Shown here piece by piece: positions 46,365-54,347 of a stretch of DNA of 64,000 bases. Numbering within the stretch: the first letter of the stretch is position 1; every line of letters begins with the position of its first letter. Under the pieces are notes generated by a model that made no database searches, was not told where the DNA came from, and worked only from the letters and a program-made list of their open reading frames with translations. Position numbers and translations under genes: made by a program. This DNA is from Escherichia phage ph0011. Location: sequence record OP557969.1; one strand, 5' to 3'.

Positions 46365-47864
46365 ATGGATAATTTTTTCAGTACTGAAACTACCACCGTT
46401 CCTAATGGATATGTATATACGTCCCATACTGGTGCAAAATATGTATTTCTAGAAGGATTTTGGTTCAATGATAGTAATATGTTAATGGTAGACCCTAGAA
46501 AATACCCATCCATGTACGCAAGTGCTTGTCAGCAAATTGTCGAGCATAATCTGGCTTCAAATGAATATAAGATTGGTAAAAAATATATTATTGAAGGCAA
46601 AGAGTGTACATTTATTGGAGAAAACCGATTTGAATCAAAAGATGGTATTCTACTAACTGAAAGTGAAATCATCACTGAGTTAATGGCAGACGACCATCGC
46701 GTATATAATGTGTCTAAAGAAACACTCCAAAAAGAATGGAATGACTTAAAATTCTATATTCTTCCCCCATATGCTGATGATATTTCTATTCCAGCAGGTA
46801 TGGAAGTTGGTGGATTTAAATATGTTCCTAAAAAACATCGTTTTGTTGATATTAAATCGGGTCATCCGGTTGATCCAGTAATGACCCGTAAACTGTCAGA
46901 TGAAGGTATGCGTATTGCCCGTCAGTTAGCATCAAAAAATAAACTAATTCCAATCAAATCTACATTAGTTCAAGGTAATTCTCGATGTGAATGGAATGGT
47001 AAAGATTTTTGTGACAACGATGGTAATGTGGTAATCCCAGAGCAAAATGCACATACAATCATTAATGCGTATCAGAAATTTGTTAAAAACCACCCTGAAG
47101 ACTTCCCAACTCTAACTGGGGAACACGAACATAGTGAACAACGATTCGGTTCAGGTGAAAAACCAGAACAACGAGGTAAACCGACAGCTTTTGCAACAAA
47201 AGAATCAATCAATGAAGCTGATGAAGAAATTGAAGATTTTGAAAGCATTACGGTCCCTGATGGTTATCGAATGACTTCTTCTAAAGGAAAAACCTATACG
47301 AAGAAGAACAACATGTGGTATGATATTGAAACGAAAAAACGACTCAATACTAGTGCATCTAAAAGTGTTGAACTAGCAGCCCAGCGTGACATTTTCCGTC
47401 ATAACAATTCAGGGGCAATGAAAATCGGCACAAAAGTTAAATCCAAACAAGGAAAAGAATATTCTTATGTTGGTGGTGATAGATTTATTAGTGCCGATGG
47501 GAAGTTTATTCCAAAAGCAACCGCAGAGAAATTACTGGCTAAGTATGATGAAGAGAAAGCAGTTCAAGATGATGTGAAACCGGAAGATTCTAGTACTGAA
47601 CAACTTCATCAAAAAGAAGAACCAAAAACCAAACCAGAAAACATTTCTGAACCTGAGCCAGAAAAGGAATCTGAAACTGATAACATTGCTGGTGATGATG
47701 TACAATCATTGGCTTCTAAAATCAAAGAGTCTCCTTATGCTAAAAAAATCACAGTACTGTTAACTCGTGGTGATGAGGTTTCTCTACTTGCTGCTGACAT
47801 TTTACTTTCAGGTAAAAAGGATGAAACAGTGCAAATTTTAAAATCATTAAATAATAATGATTGA
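46365..47864 (+). CDS. hypothetical protein with internal duplicated module
   Basis: TVPNGYVYTSHTGAKY ... KIGKKYIIEGKECTFIGENRF repeated as TVPDGYRMTSSKGKTY ... KIGTKVKSKQGKEYSYVGGDRF. Confidence 0.5.
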   Translation: MDNFFSTETTTVPNGYVYTSHTGAKYVFLEGFWFNDSNMLMVDPRKYPSMYASACQQIVEHNLASNEYKIGKKYIIEGKECTFIGENRFESKDGILLTESEIITELMADDHRVYNVSKETLQKEWNDLKFYILPPYADDISIPAGMEVGGFKYVPKKHRFVDIKSGHPVDPVMTRKLSDEGMRIARQLASKNKLIPIKSTLVQGNSRCEWNGKDFCDNDGNVVIPEQNAHTIINAYQKFVKNHPEDFPTLTGEHEHSEQRFGSGEKPEQRGKPTAFATKESINEADEEIEDFESITVPDGYRMTSSKGKTYTKKNNMWYDIETKKRLNTSASKSVELAAQRDIFRHNNSGAMKIGTKVKSKQGKEYSYVGGDRFISADGKFIPKATAEKLLAKYDEEKAVQDDVKPEDSSTEQLHQKEEPKTKPENISEPEPEKESETDNIAGDDVQSLASKIKESPYAKKITVLLTRGDEVSLLAADILLSGKKDETVQILKSLNNND

Positions 47865-47886
47865 TAACTAAAAGGATTTATTTAAA

Positions 47887-48840
47887 ATGACAAAAAAAAT
47901 TAATGAAGCACAAGTTAAAATCGATATCGCAGGTTTAGAATCTGATGATTTGGAAACACTATCACGTATGCTGGCTCTTGCTGGGCAAGCAGAACACAAA
48001 GACCCAGTTGTTGCTCAAGTTCCTTCGATGGGGGCAATTTCACCATCAATTCCACCTATTGCACCACTAGACATTGATTCAATTGGAGCGGATGAAGAAA
48101 TCAGTGATATGGAAACTTCAATTGAAGATCCACTAGCATCGGCAGTTGATGAACTTTCCTCAGATGTTGCTGATTTTGGTGCTGAAGGTGATGAAGTTAG
48201 TATGGATGCTGAATTTTCAGAACCAGATGCTGAAGAAGATTTATCACTAGACTTGAGTGGTCAACCACAACTTGAATCCGTTGAAGATGACGATGAGGAA
48301 GAAGAAATTATTGAAGAAGAATTTGATTTTAGTCGTATGCTATCACTTGCTGGTATCAACGAAGAAGATGAGGATTTTTCAGTAGAGGACGAACCTTCTG
48401 ATAATAAAGAACAATTTCTTCCAGACCTAAGCATCGTTGAAGATGAGGAACCATCAAACAATACTGATTATGGTCCATATAGCTCAGAAGCTGATGCGGT
48501 ACGTGACGGCGAACTAAAAACTAATGGTGTTGAAGGTGATAATTTTGTTGTAATTGTGAAAGGAAACCAATTTTATTGGAGACGTGTTGTAGATGAAGAC
48601 ATTGACAATCGTCCAGAACCTGAGTATTATGACAATGAAGGAAATGAACATCGTGTTCACAAATTTGAACCAAAAGCACCAGGTACTGCACTAGGTGATA
48701 ACCCACTAAATGTTAATGAAAGTGAAGATGATGATTCACCAGAAGGTAACATTGATCTTGAAGATGATTCTGATGAAAAAGTAGAAGATATTTTTGAAAG
48801 TCTCCAAGAAAAATATAAGAAATTTTTAGGAGATATTTAA
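47887..48840 (+). CDS. highly acidic D/E-rich protein (scaffold-like or DNA-mimic-like; function unknown)
   Basis: long runs of D/E (DDDEEEEIIEEEFDF, EDEDFSVEDEPSD). Confidence 0.5.
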   Translation: MTKKINEAQVKIDIAGLESDDLETLSRMLALAGQAEHKDPVVAQVPSMGAISPSIPPIAPLDIDSIGADEEISDMETSIEDPLASAVDELSSDVADFGAEGDEVSMDAEFSEPDAEEDLSLDLSGQPQLESVEDDDEEEEIIEEEFDFSRMLSLAGINEEDEDFSVEDEPSDNKEQFLPDLSIVEDEEPSNNTDYGPYSSEADAVRDGELKTNGVEGDNFVVIVKGNQFYWRRVVDEDIDNRPEPEYYDNEGNEHRVHKFEPKAPGTALGDNPLNVNESEDDDSPEGNIDLEDDSDEKVEDIFESLQEKYKKFLGDI

Positions 48841-48841
48841 T

Positions 48842-49237
48842 ATGACATACAATTATCGTGAACTTGTTGAAGCATTGGATGAAATTACAGGTCGAGATGA
48901 AGATGAAAGTTTTTCAGTTCAAGTCGAATCTGATGTAGTAGCAGTTGATATTCTTAAGGATATCACTAAATGCCTCATTGACGTTGTTGATAATATTAAA
49001 TCTGGTGAAGATCAAAAAGAAATTGTCGAAAAACTACAAAAAGCACGTGACATTTTGTCTGACATGAGATATGATGATGAAAGTACTGAAGTTGCTGATG
49101 AAGAAGTTCTGGAAGCAATTGCTGGTTGTTTTGGAACCGAAGGTATGGGTCCAACAATTGACCAAGATGGAGTCCAGCACTATAACGAACCAGGTGCACC
49201 AACATATGCAGCACGTCAAGGTTATGTTGGAGACTGA
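48842..49237 (+). CDS. hypothetical acidic protein
   Basis: ORF track; start 1 nt after upstream stop. Confidence 0.45.
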   Translation: MTYNYRELVEALDEITGRDEDESFSVQVESDVVAVDILKDITKCLIDVVDNIKSGEDQKEIVEKLQKARDILSDMRYDDESTEVADEEVLEAIAGCFGTEGMGPTIDQDGVQHYNEPGAPTYAARQGYVGD

Positions 49238-49240
49238 TAT

Positions 49241-49621
49241 ATGTTTCCTGAACCATCACATAACAGTACTGAATATCAAAATAGTGTACTTTCCAAAGTT
49301 AGGGAAGTACATGAATCTGATTCAGAAATAACCGACCGTATGCTTCTGATGTCAATTTTTGAAAATTTCAGAACTGGCGGTGGTTTGCGTCTTAGCAAGT
49401 TTGGGTATGGAATTTGTAAAGAAAATAATCTATACGAATTTACAAAAATCCCCTTGAAAAGAGAATTTAAAAGTTCTATAATGTTTACATCACTTGATAG
49501 AATATGTACTTCACCTTACTATGTAGAAGGGCCGTATATATATCTTTCTGATGCAATGATAATAGCTGAATTAACATTGTGTTGTGATGATTTTAAGCAA
49601 TTGTTTTCTATACATATGTAA
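49241..49621 (+). CDS. hypothetical protein
   Basis: ORF track. Confidence 0.45.
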   Translation: MFPEPSHNSTEYQNSVLSKVREVHESDSEITDRMLLMSIFENFRTGGGLRLSKFGYGICKENNLYEFTKIPLKREFKSSIMFTSLDRICTSPYYVEGPYIYLSDAMIIAELTLCCDDFKQLFSIHM

Positions 49622-49634
49622 TAAAAAATAATTG

Positions 49635-49881
49635 TTGACAAGTTGAAAATGATGTGATATAATAAACATCACAATGAAAGTTTTCAAGTTTCACATGATG
49701 TGAGATTGAAAAAAAGAAAAAATAGTTGACGAGTTGAAATGATGTGATATAATGTTCACATCAAGACAACAAAGAGATTTACCTTTTAAACACACGGATG
49801 ATTCATGAAGTAACAAAGGAACTGATAAGTTAAAATATTTTAACACAGTTCCTTTACTTTTGCACACGGATTGGCTATAAT
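49635..49881 (+). promoter_or_regulatory. tandem promoter/leader region: P1 TTGACA-17-TATAAT (49635/49658), P2 TTGACG-16-TATAAT (49726/49748), P3 -10 TATAAT (49876); inverted repeats overlap the -10 elements
   Basis: consensus hexamers with TGa extended -10; GATGTGA/TCACATC inverted repeat flanks P2 -10; CACACGGAT repeated at 49792 and 49863. Confidence 0.6.
49815..49862 (+). terminator. leader hairpin/attenuator candidate between P2 and P3
   Basis: 10-bp stem aaaggaactg/cagttccttt with 21-nt loop, then acttttg. Confidence 0.4.
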
Positions 49882-49922
49882 AGAAACCTAAACGATTTTA
49901 TCCAACAAAAGGAAATATATAC

Positions 49923-51248
49923 ATGACTACTCAAAACGATATCCTGAACGTTAAACTGACTCCAAAGAAAGCTAAAGAAGCAATGGCACTAGCTGACATG
50001 ATTCAAGATAGCCTGATGATTTGGGGTAGCCCAGGTATCGGTAAGTCTGCAATCGCTCGTCAATATGCTGATGAAAATTATCCACTGCGTAAAGACAACG
50101 AAGCCAAAATTGAGTTAATGAAACAACAAATTGAAGCTGACCCAGAGAATGCTGAACAGCTACGTCGTGAACTAGCTGCATTTGAAGCAAAACTGATCGA
50201 CCAAGATACAAACTTTATCGATTTCCGTTTGTCTCAGATTGAACCAAGTGACCTTCGTGGTATTCCAGTTCCAGAGAAACTTTTCCGTAAAACTGATGGT
50301 TCTCTCCTAAAAGAATCTGAGCTTGCTGAAGCAAAAGATTATGTAGCTGAAACAGCAGTAGTATGGGCAGCACCTAAAGTACTGAAATTACCAGATGATT
50401 GGAAAGGTGTTATTCTGTTTGACGAAATTAACTCTGCAATGCCAATTGTTCAGGCAGCGTCTTATCAGCTAATTCTCGACCGTTGTGTTGGTGAGATGAA
50501 GCTACCGAAAACTGCCCTGATTCTTGCAGCAGGTAACCGTGAAACTGATGGCGGTGTGACGTTCTCACTGGCTACACCACTACGTGACCGTATGACACAC
50601 ATTGAGATGATTCCTTATCATCAAGATTGGATCAACGATTATGCAATTGGTAAACGTTTGAACCCAGCAACTGTTGCGTTCATCAACAACACAGGTTCTA
50701 AGTACTTTAACACTCTTAGCCCACAAGATCCTTCTCACAGCGGTGGTACATCTCCGCGTTCATGGGAAGCAGTAGCACGCTACGAAGATCTGAAGAAAAC
50801 TAAGACGATTGATAAAGAAGTATTCCGTGCAATGATTGCGGGTCGTGTAGGTGAAGGTGTTGCAACTGAATACATTGAGTACGTTGATAACGTTGCAAAA
50901 CTCCCAGATACCATGTCTATTCTGTCTGGTGAAATCAAAGATATCGATGCGTCTCTTGATATTTCTGCTAACTACTTTATCACACTGAACTTGGTTTATA
51001 AAATTATTGACCTGTACAATGAGAAGCAAGAACAACGTCTACCAGTGGAAGAATGGGGTAAATTGTGCAACAACTTCATCACCTTCCTAGACCATAACTT
51101 CTCTGCAACTCAAGCAGAATTGGCAGTGCTGGCAATCCGTACCATTACACTACATAAGGTTTTGATTTCCATTAAAGATGTACCAGCGTTTAAAGATTTT
51201 ATCGCTAAGTACTCTGAACTAGTTCGTAAAGCACGCTCTCTTGGGTAA
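49923..51248 (+). CDS. MoxR-type AAA+ ATPase (CobS-like)
   Basis: Walker A GSPGIGKS, Walker B ILFDEINSA, overall MoxR/CobS-like layout. Confidence 0.75.
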   Translation: MTTQNDILNVKLTPKKAKEAMALADMIQDSLMIWGSPGIGKSAIARQYADENYPLRKDNEAKIELMKQQIEADPENAEQLRRELAAFEAKLIDQDTNFIDFRLSQIEPSDLRGIPVPEKLFRKTDGSLLKESELAEAKDYVAETAVVWAAPKVLKLPDDWKGVILFDEINSAMPIVQAASYQLILDRCVGEMKLPKTALILAAGNRETDGGVTFSLATPLRDRMTHIEMIPYHQDWINDYAIGKRLNPATVAFINNTGSKYFNTLSPQDPSHSGGTSPRSWEAVARYEDLKKTKTIDKEVFRAMIAGRVGEGVATEYIEYVDNVAKLPDTMSILSGEIKDIDASLDISANYFITLNLVYKIIDLYNEKQEQRLPVEEWGKLCNNFITFLDHNFSATQAELAVLAIRTITLHKVLISIKDVPAFKDFIAKYSELVRKARSLG

Positions 51249-51270
51249 TTAACAAAGAGTTGTTGACAAG

Positions 51271-51298
51271 AAGGATACCTAATGGTATCCTTCTTTTA
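51271..51298 (+). terminator. intrinsic terminator
   Basis: aaggatacc/ggtatcctt 9-bp stem, T-rich tail. Confidence 0.7.
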
Positions 51299-51322
51299 TC
51301 TTAACTAAACGAGGAAATATAC

Positions 51323-52747
51323 ATGTCCGATAACAAAACTACATCTGTGTTCAATGAAGTATCCCCAGAACTTCAGAAAGAATGTCAAGACCGTCTAGTT
51401 CTGGCTCGTACATCTTTGATGTTGACTGCACCATTCTTCGGTGTATTGGCTTCGCGTTTGCGTCCAGTTCCAAATAACACATGGTGTCGTACTTTGGCAG
51501 TTGATGGTAAACATTTATTTTACAATGTAGAATTTGTAATGGGTGTTCAAGATCCAGCAAAAAAGAAAGCATATGAAGAGGCTATTCGCGAAAAGCACCC
51601 AGAAGTTACTGAAGAACAATTAAAAGAAATGACTGAAGGTCTGACAGATGAAAACATTATTGCAGTAATTTGTCATGAAATCTTGCACTGTGCATACGAT
51701 CACTTCCTTCGTCGTGGTATGCGTGATCCACAGCGTTATAACCGTGCAGCAGATTATGCGATTAACCAAATCATCGTTCGTGAGAAAATTGGTAAAATCC
51801 AAAGCTCATGGTTGTATGATAAAAAATATGAAGGAATGACTGCTGAAGAGATTTATAATCTTCTTGAAGAAGAAGAGCAACAGCAAGATGGTGAAGGTGA
51901 AGGTACACCACAAAGTGGCAGCGGTGAAGGTGAAGGCAAAGATCGCGGGACATTTGGTGATATCAAGGATGGTAAGGGTAAACCAAAAGGTACTACAATT
52001 GACCAACATGACGTTCCACAAGAAGGTCAAGAAGGTGGTTCTAGTGAACAACAAAAACGTGATTATATGGATGATTTTAAAACAGCAATGATGAATGCTG
52101 CTCGTGCTGGTGGTACACCAGCAGAAATCGCTCGTATGATTAATAACTTCAAAGAACCAAAGATTGATTGGCGTTCTAAGCTTCAACGCACTCTTCGTAG
52201 TTGGTTGAAGTCTGATGCAACTTATCAAAATCCAGCACGTCGTTCATGGGGTGCAGGTTTTGGTTCTAATGGTTCATTTTATGGTAATCCAATTTATCCA
52301 GGGATGAAACCAGATGATGATATTGATATTGCGATTGCTCTGGATGCTTCTGGATCTATTTCCGAAGACATGCTTCGTGATTTCATTAGTGAAGTTCTTG
52401 GTATCACTAAACAATTTAAACAGTTTAAGATTCGTATCATGACATTTGATACTGAAGTTTATACTGTCAAGGATTACAAAACTGGTGAAGAACGTAAGAT
52501 TCTGGAATATCCAGTAAAAGGTGGTGGCGGTACTGATTTTGAAGCAGTGTGGGTTCACATGAAGAATGACAATTATAAGCCTAAACAGCTTGTCATGTTT
52601 ACTGATGGTGAGCCATGGCAGTCATGGGGTGATCCAAACTATTGCAAAACATTGTTTGTGATTCACAGTAATCCAAATAAAGTTGCACCATTTGGTGAAA
52701 CAGTACACTACGAGTATGAAGCAGACAAAAAACGTCAACGTAGTTAA
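51323..52747 (+). CDS. VWA-domain protein with N-terminal HExxH metallopeptidase-like motif (CobT-like partner of MoxR ATPase)
   Basis: MIDAS motif ALDASGSIS and FTDGEP; HEILHCAYDH motif in N-terminal half. Confidence 0.7.
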   Translation: MSDNKTTSVFNEVSPELQKECQDRLVLARTSLMLTAPFFGVLASRLRPVPNNTWCRTLAVDGKHLFYNVEFVMGVQDPAKKKAYEEAIREKHPEVTEEQLKEMTEGLTDENIIAVICHEILHCAYDHFLRRGMRDPQRYNRAADYAINQIIVREKIGKIQSSWLYDKKYEGMTAEEIYNLLEEEEQQQDGEGEGTPQSGSGEGEGKDRGTFGDIKDGKGKPKGTTIDQHDVPQEGQEGGSSEQQKRDYMDDFKTAMMNAARAGGTPAEIARMINNFKEPKIDWRSKLQRTLRSWLKSDATYQNPARRSWGAGFGSNGSFYGNPIYPGMKPDDDIDIAIALDASGSISEDMLRDFISEVLGITKQFKQFKIRIMTFDTEVYTVKDYKTGEERKILEYPVKGGGGTDFEAVWVHMKNDNYKPKQLVMFTDGEPWQSWGDPNYCKTLFVIHSNPNKVAPFGETVHYEYEADKKRQRS

Positions 52748-52759
52748 GTACTAAATAAT

Positions 52760-52790
52760 GAGAACGGAATTTTCCGTTCTCTTCTTTTTA
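52760..52790 (+). terminator. intrinsic terminator
   Basis: gagaacgga/tccgttctc perfect stem, loop attt, T-run. Confidence 0.8.
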
Positions 52791-52857
52791 TAAGTGGGAT
52801 GACTTATAAAAATATGATATAATAGTTAATGTACAAATATACATGGAGAGTAATAAA

Positions 52858-53091
52858 ATGGAACAAGAAAACAATCAAATTCAACTAACCCTTCTGGACC
52901 TAATTAACGCTGCAAAAATCATGGAAGCTGCTGTTGCACGAAACACGTTTAAAGTAGAAGAGCTAGTTGATGTATCTCCAGTTGTCTCTAAGTTTGTTTC
53001 TTTTGCAAACGTAGCACTTGAAGATATCAAAGCACAAGAAGATGCAGCTAAAGCACAAGAAAGCGAAACTCAAGAAAATAAAGGAGAGTAA
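52858..53091 (+). CDS. hypothetical protein (start moved to ATG after GGAGAG)
   Basis: ORF-track frame 52843..53091. Confidence 0.4.
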   Translation: MEQENNQIQLTLLDLINAAKIMEAAVARNTFKVEELVDVSPVVSKFVSFANVALEDIKAQEDAAKAQESETQENKGE

Positions 53092-53093
53092 TT

Positions 53094-53750
53094 ATGGCAG
53101 CTATTCGTCATGTTGGTGTAATGCGTAATACAGGTTCTCGTGTTTTTGTTGTTTGGCGTTCACTACCAGATGATCCTGAACACTGCCTTATTGTTTATCG
53201 CGATTCACTTCCTGAAGCATATGTTCATGCAGTGACTGATATTGTGATGGGGCATGGTCAATCAAATATTGATTTATGGGAAGTGATGCATAAAATCGGT
53301 TATCTAGATGGTCGTAAAATGTTAGATGTTTTACATAACATGCAATATCTACGCCGTGTACGTACTTGTGATATCGATATGCACACTGGTGGTAATAATA
53401 AAATCTCACTTGATGTGCTTAATAAAGCATTGGATGAAAATCAAGCTAAAATTCAAGAAGATGGTAAAGTAAAAGACTTTAACCCATTTGACCCACAGGA
53501 AGCTGACACTAAAGTTGAAGAAGCTACTATTGTTGAAAAACTCATTTCTGATGCACAAAAATATGAAAAACTAGCTCAAGAATATTATGAGCGTGCATAC
53601 AATCTAGAGCCATCATTGCGTCCACAAGCACAAGTGGTTGAGCATAAAAAAGATAGCAAAACACTTTATCTGGAAATCCCAGAAGGTATTTCACAAACCA
53701 AGGCTATTGAGAAAGTAAAACAACTGTTTGCAGCACGAAAAGCAAAATAA
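53094..53750 (+). CDS. hypothetical protein
   Basis: ORF track. Confidence 0.45.
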   Translation: MAAIRHVGVMRNTGSRVFVVWRSLPDDPEHCLIVYRDSLPEAYVHAVTDIVMGHGQSNIDLWEVMHKIGYLDGRKMLDVLHNMQYLRRVRTCDIDMHTGGNNKISLDVLNKALDENQAKIQEDGKVKDFNPFDPQEADTKVEEATIVEKLISDAQKYEKLAQEYYERAYNLEPSLRPQAQVVEHKKDSKTLYLEIPEGISQTKAIEKVKQLFAARKAK

Positions 53751-53753
53751 ATT

Positions 53754-54347
53754 ATGACAAAGATTGAATTAGATGAAGCGATTAAAGGTTTATCTAATGT
53801 GTGTTTTAGTGGCGGGGCAGCAGGTGCTGACCGCCTTTTTTCTATCTATGCAAAAGATAATGGATTTGAAGTTGTTAATTTTTCATTTAAAGGTCATGAG
53901 CATAGTGTAGATGAAAATACTATATTAGAAATACCATCCAATATTCTATCTGATATTTCTATATTAAAGCAACTAAACATTGCATGTTACTCGTTGCAGA
54001 GAAAAGTACCAAAGCCTGGTTCTTATGTTTATAACTTACTTGCAAGGAATAGTTATCAAATACTTAATACAGAAAGAATATATTGTATTGCAAATATTAC
54101 ATCACCAACTAAGGTGAGTGGTGGTACTGCATGGGCAGTGCAGATGTACATGGATTCAGTTGAAAATCCTGAAATTTATTGTTATGATATGAATTCACGT
54201 TCTGTATTTTATTTTGACACAGTACTGAAAGAGTTTACTGAAACATTCTCAATACCAGAACCACACGGTAACTGGACTGGGATTGGTTCACGTAATGCTA
54301 CACAAAAACACATGGAACATTTTATTACATTTTTCAAGGAAGTATAA
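53754..54347 (+). CDS. Rossmann-like nucleotide-binding protein with GGxxGxD motif (SLOG/DprA/LOG-like; tentative)
   Basis: FSGGAAGADRLF near N-terminus resembles the glycine-rich loop of SLOG-superfamily domains. Confidence 0.35.
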   Translation: MTKIELDEAIKGLSNVCFSGGAAGADRLFSIYAKDNGFEVVNFSFKGHEHSVDENTILEIPSNILSDISILKQLNIACYSLQRKVPKPGSYVYNLLARNSYQILNTERIYCIANITSPTKVSGGTAWAVQMYMDSVENPEIYCYDMNSRSVFYFDTVLKEFTETFSIPEPHGNWTGIGSRNATQKHMEHFITFFKEV

